This document shows positions 24,101-37,247 of a stretch of 54,859 bases of DNA, piece by piece. The stretch is taken from contig NC_068982.1 in the NCBI RefSeq assembly GCF_001194135.2, positions 170,439,860-170,494,718 of the forward strand, read 5' to 3'. Numbering within the stretch: the stretch's first letter is position 1; each line of letters begins with the position of its first letter. The notes under the pieces are model-generated. The model was given only the letters and a program-made list of their open reading frames with translations, was not told the DNA's origin and did no database searches. The translations under genes and the position numbers were made by a program. This DNA comes from Octopus bimaculoides. Lineage: Eukaryota.

Positions 24101-24790
24101 ATGCTTATATTTATTAGCGACGATGTTATGTACTTACGGAGATTATTGGCAAAATCTGCTAAATGATTATTGTATCATCGTAAAAAATATCTTGTACAAT
24201 TTCAACTGATACTTATACAGTACAGACAAAAATAGATTGGAGGTTTACGATATTCTGATTTCTTTTCAAAGCCCTCTTGAGTAAGTAAGACATATGGGAA
24301 AAATATATTCGAAAAGCAGCTTTGAAGAGAATCAAGAGTAAAACTAAGTATAGTGATTAGATTATGAGTGGAGAAACTTTTACGTGTTGCAACGAATACA
24401 CTTCACTTAACTCGATAATAATCTCCAATGTTATGGACAACATTAGTTCATGTTTTCAAACACTTTTGAAATTAAATATAGATAATAATTAGTTTAGGGG
24501 GAATTTTTATTGCTAATTACAAAGGGTGAGGGGAAAAAAATCAACAAATATTGTGGTCTTGTCATCTTAGATGTAAGTGCAAAAATTAGTGTTTGATTCT
24601 GTTTACTCTGGGGAATCTCACGACTATTATGGCCGACTTCTCAATTACATAGATAAAGGGTAGCAGAGAAAAAAAGAAAAATGAACGAGACACAAGAACG
24701 TACAAACACAGATGCTTAGGAAAATGCGTATATACATACACTTGTATATACACATGTATATATGTATACGTATATACAATATATGTATGC

Positions 24791-24825
<35 letters not shown>

Positions 24826-24828
24826 CCT

Positions 24829-24883
<55 letters not shown>

Positions 24884-24893
24884 NNNNNNNNNN

Positions 24894-24934
<41 letters not shown>

Positions 24935-25154
24935 GTATATATATATATATACACACATACTTATAAACTATGCTTGCATGTTTGTACAAATGCATATCTG
25001 TTTACCTATATGCATATATATATATATATATATATAATGTGTGTGTGTGTGTGTGTGTATGTATATATATATATATATACATATACTCTCTTTTACTNNN
25101 NNNNNNNATATATACACACACATATAAACTGTGCTTGAGTGTTTGTACTTTGCA

Positions 25155-25213
<59 letters not shown>

Positions 25214-25863
25214 ATGTATGTATACGTACAAACATTCACGCATAATTTATCAGTTGGACTACAGTCATTATTTTATTAATTTCAGTGAGTTCTTCCATAT
25301 TGGCGTGTCCATACATGGCTGTTGTATTGGAAACATGATTTTTACATAAAGACATGTTATTGAGCAGAAACACAAGGGTAATCATTATAGCTAAGCTGAT
25401 TAAATCAAATATAACCTCATAGTGCACCGGACACGTTCTGTTCAATCCATAACTACATCCAATAGTATGNNNNNNNNNNNNNNNNNNNNNNNNNNNNNNN
25501 NNNNNNNNNNNNNNNNNNNNNNNNNNNNNNNNNNNNNNNNNNNNNNNNNNNNNNNNNNNNNNNNNNNNNNNNNNNNNNNNNNNNNNNNNNNNNNNNNNNN
25601 NNNNNNTATATATATATGTATATATATGTATGTATGTATATACATATGCATATGTATATATATGTATGTATGTATATACATATGCATATGTATATATATG
25701 TATGTATGTATATACATATGCATGTATATACATATGCATGTATGCGTACATGCATGGATGTAGTTCTCTGATGAGAGTTCTTAAATCAGAACAGACGACC
25801 ATAGTGCATATTAGTAACGCTTTTAGTGTAAATTCAATCCAAAATCATGAATAAAATAGCATC

Positions 25864-26620
25864 TAGAACAGACAAAGGATTTGACGAGAAACTTTTAAGC
25901 TAATGTAATCAGAGATTCAACACGCTTCTAGAGTCCAAATTTTTTACCGGTATTTTGCGTTTGATAATTCAGTGGCTGGTGATTACACTTTGGGCCATGA
26001 ATCTATATAATGTTAAAGTTTTTATATTTATTATAGGTCTTTCAAATTTCACGGTTAATTTTTGAGTTAAGTTTTCAAAATTAGCATTCTATCTGAAATC
26101 TCAGATGAGTTCACATCACGGCGGAATGCACAAACAAATGCAGTTTCATACAACTCGCTTCTTCACCAAAAACTGTACAGAAAGAAGACCCCAAAACACT
26201 GAAAGTGTTTTAGTATGGCCCTAGCCTTTCCCAGAAACCGTTAAAAGATTAATAAATAAAAAATTCGAATAGATTTTTTGTAGAAAGAGAACCGTATTAG
26301 TGGCTAGTGTTGTATGAGAGAATTTGGTAATGAAAATATTTAAACCTAGTGTTAATTATCAAATAATAACAACCAAAATACCAATTTCATGCCTCTTCTC
26401 TCATGCAAAGAAACTAGTTCATTCAGAAAATGGCAATATCAGATTCTAGGGCGGTTGTTGCATTCGGGTGTCTTTATTTTTTTAAACAACTAAAAAGCTC
26501 CCATGCAAAAATTCAAACCGAAAAATAAAGGAAACAATTAAAAATAATTTCTATACAGCCTTGCTTGAGTTTCATGACAAATATTTACATTACATTTCAT
26601 CACGTATATCAAAAACAAGA
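25864..26620. mobile_element. Probable non-autonomous DNA-transposon-like repeat (unclassified)
   Basis: Begins with a 29-bp sequence that recurs exactly at 26969-26997. Non-coding AT-rich body. No TIR pair identified. Confidence 0.3.
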
Positions 26621-26659
26621 TAGATCAAACTTCTTTCCGAGACATAGGGTTTCCGAAGT

Positions 26660-26845
26660 TGTATGGTTTGAATATTCCCCTACACTGGACGGGACGCTGC
26701 TCTGAGGCAGGCTTACTTATTTTGCCAGTTGAGTGGACTGGACCTACGTAGAATAAATGTTTTGCGCAACAACACAACGAATCGCCCGGTCCAGGAATCG
26801 AAACCATGATCTTACGATCATGAATTCAACGCCATAACCACTAAT
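26660..26845 (-). mobile_element. SINE family C, head and core
   Basis: Minus-strand tRNA-like head (TTAGTGGTTATGGCGTTGAA...GGTTTCGATTCCTGGACCGG), similar to 31460-31794. Confidence 0.75.
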
Positions 26846-27273
26846 TTACATGTCTCGACTACCCCCTACACACACACACACTTTCACACACCCATATACA
26901 GACAATATATGTGCATGTATACATACACACATATATAGGTTTTATATGAAAAAAAAAATATATATATATAGAACAGACAAAGGATTTGACGAGAAACATA
27001 TATATATGTTGATTCTGATGGTGTTTATTTCGATTAATAAAGTTTTGTTTGAGTCGAGATATGTGCATCTGAATTTAAAGGTTAAAAACCGCAAGAATTT
27101 TCTTGACAACCTAATAGATGCTGTCTGGGGGATACCAAACAGTATTCGAATTCTATAAGCTTATATGTATGTATCCATGGATGCATATGCGTATGCATAT
27201 ATTTACATGTGTAGTATGTGGTATAACTGCGTGTGAGTGTTTATCTGTGTATATACGTGTGCGTATATATATG

Positions 27274-27310
<37 letters not shown>

Positions 27311-27462
27311 CAGTGAGCGCATGTACACATATATTTATATATGTATACATATATATGGATTTTTGTGCGTGTGTTTTTGAGTACACGTATGTCTCTTTAT
27401 GTATATAAATTGCACATGCAACCATACGTACTGGCATGCGCGCATACATACATATATATCTA

Positions 27463-27517
<55 letters not shown>

Positions 27518-28769
27518 TTATCTATGTATCTATATTTTATGCATATATATCCAGCCCATTCATGTGTGTGGGTTGGCAAGTGTGCATATATTTTTAGCCT
27601 TGTTCAGAAACAGAAGTACTCAATACATGACATAGAGTTCATATTGTTCTTTCATAATTGATGAACCTCCTTCTTTGTGCTCATCTTTCTCGCTTTCCTC
27701 AAGCGATGCATCCTGAAATATATCACTTTATATCTACGTGTTTATTATTTGTGTAGCATTAGAGGATGATAGCTTATCGTAGTTATAAAATTCACATCAT
27801 TATTTAGTAGGATCTATATAATTGATTTACATATTTGGAAGGAATTGTTATCAAATCGCATGACTTATCAGAAATATCATCATGTATTTTTACTACTGCC
27901 ATAGCAACACTTCATCAAGATATTAAAATAATATAATAATGATAGTGGCATAATAATGATTATAATCATAATTATAATTATTGTTATTGCGTTTCCTGGT
28001 TTTATTGTTGTTCTTAGTAGATGCAGTGATGTTATTGGTGGAAGTAGAGGGGGTAGTAATGAAGGGGATGGTAATATTGTCATTCCTTAGCCTACATACA
28101 ATGATTATTGGAAGCGAATGTGTTGACTACTTCGCTCCAACGGCATTTCGAAATAATAATAATAATATTAACAACAACGGCAATAATAAAAACACTATAA
28201 TAACAACAATAACAAGAATTTCAGTATTCTGTTGATTACAGGATTTAATCTATGAATAGCAAGTTGCTCAGTGATCAAAATGAAACAATAGATTAGATGA
28301 GAATTGATAAGAAACAAATGGAAAATGTCGTAAATTTAAAACAAAACGACTTGATAATTTTGTTTATGTATTTTGTGCTTCTCTGTTTGGATATTAATTC
28401 AAATATTGAAGTTTGCTCAATAAATTGAAATTTCATTCAGATTCTATTTTATTTAGATCACTTTCCCTGTTATTATCTCTCCCTCCCTCTCTCTCTCTCT
28501 NNNNNNNNNNNNNNNNNNNNNNNNNNNNNNNNNNNNNNNNNNNNNNNNNNNNNNNNNNNNNNNNNNNNNNNNNNNNNNNNNNNNNNNNNNNNNNNNNNNN
28601 NNNNNNNNNNNNNNNNNNNNNNNNNNNNNNNNNNNNNNNNNNNNNNNNNNNNNNNNNNNNNNNNNNNNNNNNNNNNNNNNNNNNNNNNNNNNNNNNNNNN
28701 NNNNNNNNNNNNNNNNNNNNNNNNNNNNNNNNNNNNNNNNNNNNNNNNNNNNNNNNNNNNNNNNNNNNN

Positions 28770-28803
<34 letters not shown>

Positions 28804-29139
28804 CATATATATATACACATATATATATATAAGCATATATATATATACATATATATACATACACACACACACACACACACACACATACACACACACACAT
28901 ATATACATACACACTTACACATATAACTCAGTGTCTATGTATGTATAAATATATGCACGTACGTACATGCGTATATGTGTATATACATAGGTATGAATTT
29001 ATCTATCTGTCTGTTTCTGTGTTTGCTTGTCTTTCTGTCTTACTTTCTCTCCATTTATCTCTCTATCATTTGTTTTCACCTTATCACTGTCTATATACAA
29101 CTGGGCGTATATCCATGAATATGCGTGTGTGTATATATG

Positions 29140-29189
<50 letters not shown>

Positions 29190-29759
29190 CACATACATAT
29201 ATATATATGCATATATGTATGTGTAGGTATGTAAATATGTATCCCTCGGTAGATATCTGTGTATATGTTCGTGTGTATGTGTGTATATGCGTATGTATGT
29301 ATGTGTGTGTGTTTTCTTGCTGTGGCTCTATCGCATTATATCATTTATCTGTATATTCATTGAACTTGTTCATCCCTTTTTATTTATTTTTTGTTGCTGT
29401 TTTTGTAGCTCTCTCTGACTCTATAACTTCTTTTATTTTGCCGTTGTAAACATAATGCAGAACATTAAAAAAGTATGAAATATATTTTATAAGCAGAATT
29501 TACACTTTTTGTCTCCGTACACTTTAGTTCTGAGAGTTCATTTTGACATCTAAAGTTCCACCATCATCATCACCACCAGCTTTAACCTTGAACAAATTCT
29601 CTACGAATTCTCTCTTCAAACCCATATACCGTTTGGACTCAACAACTCCACCGTCTAGTAACATCTTCCACATGTTTTTTAATTTGTTAAATATTTTAAA
29701 TGTTTTATGAATCAAATTTTAATTTTTGATTTAATTTAAATTATTTTTTATTTTTAATT

Positions 29760-30560
29760 CATCATCGCACACTTTCACACACACATATATCTTACATACC
29801 TACCGCACACACAGAGACGCACACTCACACACACACGTGCACACACATACGTTTCCATATCCGGGCATGCACAAAATATCCTTCACACCCATCACACCCT
29901 TCACACCCTTCACACCCATCATATATACATACACCCGTAAACACGCACTCATACTCACTATTACATACACACACAAACACATACATACTCACGCAGCAAC
30001 ATCAAAGCACACACTCATCTCCTCGACTCTTACGCCCACTACCACCCACGCACACGCAAACATATACACGCACATACACACACCCTTACACACTCTCTCA
30101 TACACATACGTACACATAAAGCAACACCAACGTACTCACGCATTTGTTACGTCACCTCTCACACCTATACACACACACGCAAACATACACACACATATAC
30201 ACACACTTCCCTTCACATGCACTCACACACTTATACGTACACGCACAAACGCATACGTACAGGGACAGTGACACCAAGCGTGCACACACTTGTCACCTCA
30301 CCACTCATACATTCACGCATACACATAGAAGCACACACACACACACACACACACATAGACGTGCACAACACTCACACACATGCACTCATACGTACACGCA
30401 GCAAAACACACGTACACACATAGTAGCACCAACGCACTCACACACATCTCATCTGGCTTCAACACCAAATCTTACTGTGATAACCTGTCAGCGCAATTTC
30501 CTTACACGCACACAGATACTACGACACACACACACACACACACAGATACTACCACACACT
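29760..30560. repeat. Long degenerate CA-rich low-complexity tract
   Basis: Cryptic (CA)n/(CACG)n composition over ~800 bp; it explains the H/T-rich ORFs. Confidence 0.85.
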
Positions 30561-30609
30561 CACAGACACATATTTTCGCACTCTCCAGCCTTAAAAACCC
30601 AAATATTTC

Positions 30610-30745
30610 TATCTCTCCGCACTTCCGGTCACTTCAGTCATGTAACCTTCGTGTGCTTTTGTTGGACTGTTTGCCCTTTTTACCGGACCTTTCCTCTTTC
30701 TGCTCTTTCCGAGAAAGAACCATGCACGTAACGTCACGCACCCCT
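30610..30745. promoter_or_regulatory. Possible promoter-like motif cluster (ETS + CRE-like)
   Basis: CACTTCCGG at 30620-30628 and ACGTAACGTCAC (TGACGTTA on the minus strand) at 30726-30737, in a locally CpG-richer segment. Motif-only evidence. Confidence 0.2.
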
Positions 30746-31170
30746 TTTCTTTCCTATGTTTTACAGAGCAACAGCCTAAAATATTTACTGTATGCGTTCT
30801 TTTAGCTTTTGTCGTTGTCGTTTTTGTCTTTATTTTTATACTCGATTTGACTGTGTAGGCAAATATATATACTCACAAGCACACGCCCATAATATATATA
30901 CTTACAGGCTCACTTCCATAAAGCTTTATGGACGTGAAATTCAGGGTAATCCCATAGACCGGGCATAGCTATCATTTATCTAACTACTCTACTTACTACT
31001 TTATAACTTAGTGCGTACTGACGATACATGCATACGTACATACATACATACATACATACATACATACATCCATCCATACATGCATACATCCATCCATCCA
31101 TCCATCCATACATACATACATACATGCACACATATATATATTTATATCGACGCCTGCTGGGTTCGGCTGC

Positions 31171-31212
31171 TCTACATTGATAATGGGCAAACACCCTGAA
31201 ACTAGTCCGTAG
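31171..31212 (+). ncRNA. Degenerate minimal type I hammerhead motif in a ~230-bp microsatellite-flanked element
   Basis: TCTAC(A)-TTGATAA-TGGG-CAAACA-CCCT-GAAAC-TA-GTC-(C)GTAGA. Stem I is TCTAC/GTAGA, stem II is GGG/CCC and stem III is palindromic ACTAGT. CUGAUGA carries two transitions. Confidence 0.55.
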
Positions 31213-31399
31213 ATGCCAGACCAGCAAGGAGAAGCGGCTGACCTCCCCTGTTCGAAGGCTATAATGGACAAAGGTTCGTGTGTCACATAGCTAGCTAGAG
31301 GCAATGGCCTCTTGGAGCTAATCAACGGCAGCATTCGACCTATTTTGGGGACTGCCATGTTGGCTTGGCGATAACTATTAATACACACACACACACCCA

Positions 31400-31447
<48 letters not shown>

Positions 31448-31459
31448 TATATATATATA

Positions 31460-31794
31460 GGGGTGACCCCTTCGGTCATGAATGACCATGGGATTGCACC
31501 TAGAAAGTTACCCTCCAAAGTACAAGTCAGGGCAAGGTTGTTTATAGAAGACCAGCAGTCACCCATGCATTCCAAATTCTCCTATCCACGCCACCAATGT
31601 TATTCGAGGGCAAGGCAAAAGCCGATACAGCTTGGCACCAGTGACCTCACAACTCATTTCTACAGCTGAGTGAACTAAAGCAACGTGAAATATAGCGTCT
31701 TGCTCAAGAACACAACACACAGTCCGGTCCGTGAATCGAACTCACAACCTCACGATCGTAAGCTCGACGCTCTAACCACTAAGCCATGCGCCTT
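31460..31794 (-). mobile_element. Full-length tRNA-derived SINE family C (CORE-like central block)
   Basis: Minus strand: A box TGGCTTAGTGG, B box GAGTTCGATTC, central CACTCAGCTGTAGAAATGAG resembling the CORE domain, and a (TA)n tail. Confidence 0.88.
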
Positions 31795-32329
31795 CACACA
31801 GACACACACACACACACACACACGTATGTTTCATAGCTAGTAGAACCTCGGAATTAGTAATTATCCAAACATGGGGTAATTTGCTAGCTACTCGTCGGGT
31901 AAAAAATAGCTTAATCAAAAGAAGTTTACACCTTGACCCTTGGATCTTACGTTTACACACACACACGCGCACACATACACACACACACGCTTACACACAC
32001 ATACACACACGCACACAGACACACACATGTTCATGTATTTGTGTTAGAAGATTCCTGATGTGAAGTCGTGTGTTGAAACAGGTATTGCTGTATTTCGGGA
32101 TGGTCATATTGTTTTTGCCAAATAAAGACACGGACTATATATTCATTTTCACTTGTTTATTGTTGTTCGTATTGTAACTCATGTTCGTTGTTCGGTCAAT
32201 GGACATGAGTTAGTAATGAACGAGTGAAGAACGAATATATAGTAGTGCTTGTGTTTATTTGACAAAAAAGAAAATGACCATATTGAAATACAACAATACA
32301 TATATATATATTTATAATCTCTCTCTCTC

Positions 32330-32455
32330 TAAGGATTCTTTCAGTTTCCGTTTACCATCCCGATGTTATAGCAGAAGACGTTTGCCCAAGGTATCACGCT
32401 GTGAGATTGAACCCAGACCCATGTGGTTGGGAAGCTAGCTGCTTGTCACACAATC
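32330..32455 (-). mobile_element. SINE family A head fragment
   Basis: ttctttcagtttccgt...gaagacgtttgcccaagg...tgaacccagacccatgtggttgggaagc matches 9750-9900. Confidence 0.75.
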
Positions 32456-34120
32456 ACGTGAAACGCATGGGAACTCTTTACGGTAACCTTAAACTATGCA
32501 AATTATAAACTAATTTCGTATCGAAGAACTCGATTTAAAATGATATCAACAGATTTGAAAGCATGTATCATAAAGCCCCCAATATAATGGACTTATGAAT
32601 CATCTATTTTGAATATATCTCTTCTTGTTTCTGGTATTGTTCATGAAATTAACCGAAACAATCTCAATTAATTTTATTGATGACCAATCAATATCAAATA
32701 TACGAAGATTAACGGAATTTGAATATGATGGTGGTAAATGTATACAAATCACTCTTGTAGAGAGGTATCAGAATGTTTAACGCGATCTTTAGCAGTTGCT
32801 TCAACAAGTAAACTGATCTCATACTTTTTAAAAGCTCTTCAAATTATTGTAAACAGAACAACATTAATTGCCGCCGTAACAACCGAAGTGAAATATCGGC
32901 AAAGAAGAAATGTCAAGTTTCTTTTGTATAGAACTATGAATAAATCATTGAAAATATCAGTGTTTCAGCCAATAAAAGCATGACAAATAATTACAATTCA
33001 CTATCTTTGACAACTTAAGTAAACCGCCATATTAATGTACAGCAACACAATATCATTGAATTATGTAACAGAAAAGCATTGTTATTTCCAGTGTATTGCT
33101 ACTCATATATTTTGTTCTACGAAACTATATGAGCTATCGAAGGCTGCAATATTAACACTGGACACAGCAGCAGCAGCAGTAGTTAAATCGACGCAAATCA
33201 CAACTGAACGCTTTGGAAAACGGTATAACTCATTTAATCATGTAGTACTATGTATGTAATGCTTCAATATATATCCTAGTAGGGATTGCTAGGGAATATA
33301 GGCTTCTTTGAGAATCATTAGCCACTAAGTAAACAAGATCCACAACAAAACTCATGCGCACAAGCTACATATGTCGTAATAGATGAATATCACTAGCTAA
33401 GTGGTAAATCCAGCCAGTCTCTTGAATTTGCAGTGATTTATTACTAGTATATATTTTACCCACTAGTAAGTGGTAGAATTCAAAGACGATTTCAGAAGTG
33501 TTTAGATACAAAATATAGATTGATGAAACTGAAATATTTAATTCATTGCTCTATAGTGAATATTATTAAACCGACCTTATAACAGATATAGTAACAATAT
33601 TTTTTAACAACCACCACCACCACCACCACNNNNNNNNNNNNNNNNNNNNNNNNNNNNNNNNNNNNNNNNNNNNNNNNNNNNNNNNNNNNNNNNNNNNNNN
33701 NNNNNNNNNNNNNNNNNNNNNNNNNNNNNNNNNNNNNNNNNNNNNNNNNNNNNNNNNNNNNNNNNNNNNNNNNNNNNNNNNNNNNNNNNNNNNNNNNNNN
33801 NNNNNNNNNNNNNNNNNNNNNNNNNNNNNNNNNNNNNNNNNNNNNNNNNNNNNNNNNNNNNNNNNNNNNNNNNNNNNNNNNNNNNNNNNNNNNNNNNNNN
33901 NNNNNNNNNNNNNNNNNNNNNNNNNNNNNNNNNNNNNNNNNNNNNNNNNNNNNNNNNNNNNNNNNNNNNNNNNNNNNNNNNNNNNNNNNNNNNNNNNNNN
34001 NNNNNNNNNNNNNNNNNNNNNNNNNNNNNNNNNNNNNNNNNNNNNNNNNNNNNNNNNNNNNNNNNNNNNNNNNNNNNNNNNNNNNNNNNNNNNNNNNNNN
34101 NNNNNNNNNNNNNNNNNNNN

Positions 34121-34458
34121 ATGTGGAATCTGAAGACGAAAACAATACCTATTGTCATAGGTACCCTGGGAATGACAGCGAAACGGGCTGATTACTACCT
34201 AGCTCAGATACCAGGAAACCCCAAAATGGCTGAAGTTCAAAAGATAGTGCTCATGGGAACTGCCCATATCCTACGTAAAATACTGTCTATGTGATCTCAA
34301 ATTTTAAAACATTCTCTAGAACAACACTGTACAAATTTAAATATATATGGTACCCTAGGCATAACACCTACATGAACTTCTAACTTGTTGTCTCTTGAGG
34401 TCTCTGGGTGAGACTTGGATCCAACTTGTACAAATGCAAATCAAAAGTCAAACATAAA

Positions 34459-34493
<35 letters not shown>

Positions 34494-34500
34494 AACAATA
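34121..34500 (+). mobile_element. R4/Dong-type (RLE-endonuclease) LINE 3' end with (TAA)n tail
   Basis: 34121-34294 reads MWNLKTKTIPIVIGTLGMTAKRADYYLAQIPGNPKMAEVQKIVLMGTAHILRKILSM*, the typical RLE C-terminus (PIVIGALG...QK.VL.GTA.ILR). It is followed by a 3' UTR and TAA repeats. The 5' part lies in the N gap. Confidence 0.85.
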
Positions 34501-34509
34501 ATGAATTTA

Positions 34510-34860
34510 CAATCCTTTCTTGTGTAGGCACAAAGCTTGAAGTTTTGTGGGTGGGAACTACTCGATTACATCTATCCTAATCAACCCAAAAGGATGGTGT
34601 AGAGGTAAATTCAACTTCAGCAGAATTTGAACTTAGGACGTAAAGACGAACGAAATGCTGCTAAGTATTATGCACGAATTGCTAAAGATTCTGCCAAATC
34701 ACCGCTTTCTAGACTTTTGCAGAAATGCTGCAAGTTTAGGGACCTTTCACTGATTTGCACGGATGAACTTCACCGGAATTTGTACGTAAATTACGTAAAT
34801 AGCCGGAAAAATACCGGTAGGCATTTTGTGCGATGCAGTAACGATTCTGTCTGATCAATA
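34510..34860 (-). mobile_element. SINE family B degenerate copies
   Basis: aatcctttcttgtgtaggcaca...gaatttgaacttaggacgtaaagacgaacgaaatgctgctaag matches family B. Confidence 0.65.
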
Positions 34861-35647
34861 TACTTATTTTAATAACTTACGTTAATGTTGAAATTTCGAG
34901 CAAAAATGTAAGCGATACACGAAACTCATACACATTTATTTTCCTTCGTTTTATGAGGTTGAAATTTAAAAGGAAAACAAAAGAAAACAAAAAAATATAA
35001 TACAAAAAGTATATACTGCTAATAAATATGTTATTAAATTTTTGCTTGTTAGCGTATAGTTCATTTGAGATAATATCATTTTAATTAGTTTTTGAAATAA
35101 CCGTAATTCGATTGAAATATTTGAGTTTGATTTAGATGTTTAGTGATGTGTATTTTTATATATTTTATAATCGTCTAATATTTGAAAACGCTTTTTGACA
35201 GAATTCTGTCCACTTGTGTATCACAAAAAATTCTTGATAAAGAGGCACAAATGTCAGTGATCAGAAGTATTAAACAAATAACATCGTGGCTAGTGTTAAT
35301 CTTGAAAAAGAAAAAGCAAAAACAAAAAGTGAACATTGTATACACAAACGTTTCAATAGTATGTGTACACGAGTTTAGTTAGATATACTGAGACACATAC
35401 GTGCACACAAACGTATGTATGTGTGTGTGTGTAGAGAGAGAGAATTACCTAAAGATATACATACATAATTACATAATCGATATGTACATAAGGAGGTGTA
35501 TATGCTAAACAGGACGTAGACATTTGATTTGTTAATGCTTCTATTACCACATCAAAAGAACCTTCTGGGTATGTCCGTTTGACCCTGGCCTAAACTCTTT
35601 CAAACAGTAGGGTTGTCTGGCGTGCATTATTACTGTTATATAAGGAG

Positions 35648-35850
35648 ACAGGGTGGCAGAATCGTTAGCAGGTCGGACAAAATGCTTAGCAGCATTTCCT
35701 CCGTCTTTATGTTCTGAGTTCAAATTCGACTTTGCTTTTTATCCTTTCGGGGTTTATAAAATAAGTACCAGATAAACATGTGGATTGATGTTATCAACTA
35801 ACTTCCTCAGCATAATTTCGAGCCATGTGCCAAACTTTCAAACCATTATT
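35648..35850 (+). mobile_element. SINE family B
   Basis: ggtggcagaatcgttagcaggtcggacaaaatgcttagc...ctgagttcaaattcgactttgctttttatcctttcggggtttataaaataagtaccag. Confidence 0.85.
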
Positions 35851-35884
35851 TCCTCTATATCCCTATCCCTAACATCGGTAAAAC

Positions 35885-36615
35885 TTCTTTCTGACAACCA
35901 TTGCGATATGCATGGATAAAATTCTACTACATCGAATTGGTTGAACCTTGTTCTCCTATCTTCGCTTGCTTTGTACCATGATATTACTTCATTGGTGTTA
36001 TGTCACAAAGAGAGGCCGGATGCTTTCTTAATGTAATCGTCTATCTTCCTTAATATCTGCTTATCCACCCGCCCATTTTCTGATTTAGCTTGCTCGATTA
36101 GGTTGCACTTGAGCTGGTGGCAAATTTCAGTTTGTGATCCTTAATGATAATACAAGCATCCCTTTTAGCTGATATATTTAACGCGCTGGCTAACTGTTTG
36201 GCCTTGTTTTTCATGCTATCGCATGAATGAGAGAGAACTGGCAATAGTTTTATATGATACTGCCCTCTAAGGCCCGGTATATATTCTATATAGGGTTTTA
36301 GTTTTATCCTAGGAAAGCAAGCGCATTCGTTTAATATTTAAGAAGTTTTATATATGAAGTAAATTTATCCTGAAAGAGGTTAGAAAACTTAAGAAGTTTT
36401 ACTTTAAAATCAATGCCGAGTATGTCTGCTTTGAGAGCCTCTGCTTCTTTGATCGTTGGTGGGAAGCTTCTATATTTAAGGTAAAACTTGGAATCCGAAG
36501 GTGATGTTGCTTGGACATACAGTAAAATATTCTCTCATGAAGATTATAACGTCGATGATCTTCCATAAGAACAGCCTCGTGTAGAATTGTTTTCATGGTG
36601 TGGGAATGAAGTTTC
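35885..36615 (-). mobile_element. Penelope-like element, N-terminal/RT fragment (decayed)
   Basis: Frameshifted minus-strand translation: NFIPTP*KQFYTRL, KYRSFPPTIKEAEALKADILGIDF, ACIIIKDHK, LIEQAKSENGRVDKQIL, HNTNEVISWYK, RFNQFDVVEFYPCIS. These match PLE motifs (FITLKDHK..RLINPAKSEIG..W.NT..VI.WF..FD..EFYPSI). Confidence 0.8.
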
Positions 36616-36624
36616 AGGGAAGTG

Positions 36625-36790
36625 AGCAAGTCGATTACATCGATCCTAGTGCTCAACTGGCACTTATTTTATCGATCTCAAAAGGATGAAAGGCAAAATT
36701 AACCAAATTTGAACTCAAAATGTGGAAACGGTCGAAATACCTCTAAGCATTGTTGCCCAGCGTGGTAACGATTCCGCTAGCTCGCTGCCT
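36625..36790 (-). mobile_element. SINE family B
   Basis: gattacatcgatcctagtgctcaactggcacttattttatcgatc...cgtggtaacgattccgctagctcgctgcct. Confidence 0.8.
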
Positions 36791-36830
36791 TTGTTTCGTT
36801 GTGAATAATTCTGATCATGGCTTTAGTTAC

Positions 36831-37247
36831 CTTGGAGCAGGAAAGAGCACTCAGATTTGTTGTCTGGGTGTCAAGAGTAGCTACTTTTGAAATATATGTT
36901 TGAGGCTCCGGCCACATAGGTTGGCCGGTTATTTCGAATGGATAGAAAATGATCATAAGATAGTTTTCGCAGATGCAAATGGATTGAACGTCTTTTTTTC
37001 TTGTTTTTTTTTTTGTTTCAGTGATATCACTGGCTATGTTAGATTCTAAAAATCGTTGTAAAATATAGTCAACATTTATTTGGTTCTTCCATGAGTTTCC
37101 AGGTTCTTCATGGATGCAAATTAAGGCATCCGTTAATTTAGAAGCTAATAGGGAGAGGGAAGGTGAGTACATTTCTTTCAATCTAAATAAGTATAAATGT
37201 TGGTTGTGCCAGAACTTGTAGCTTGTAACGATTTTCTTATTGTACCT
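36831..37247 (-). other. Candidate 417-nt phase-0 exon inside the 170-aa ORF, product unknown
   Basis: Minus-strand acceptor gttttctcattgtattcag and donor AAG|GTAACT bound 139 open codons. No recognised homology. The poly-K stretch may simply be a plus-strand pyrimidine tract. Confidence 0.25.
37103..37162 (+). other. Candidate 60-nt phase-1 exon, product unknown
   Basis: TTTCCAG acceptor (a second strong acceptor is at 37021) and GAAG|GTGAGT donor. Open frame SSWMQIKASVNLEANRERE. Confidence 0.28.

Noticed and set aside
29524-29715. 63-aa minus-strand ORF with protein-like composition
   Set aside because: No splice signals or recognisable motif; it partly derives from a (CAT/CAC) repeat.
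36817-36890. GAGKST as a P-loop
   Set aside because: It does not fit GxxxxGK[ST] spacing and the frame closes within 12 codons.
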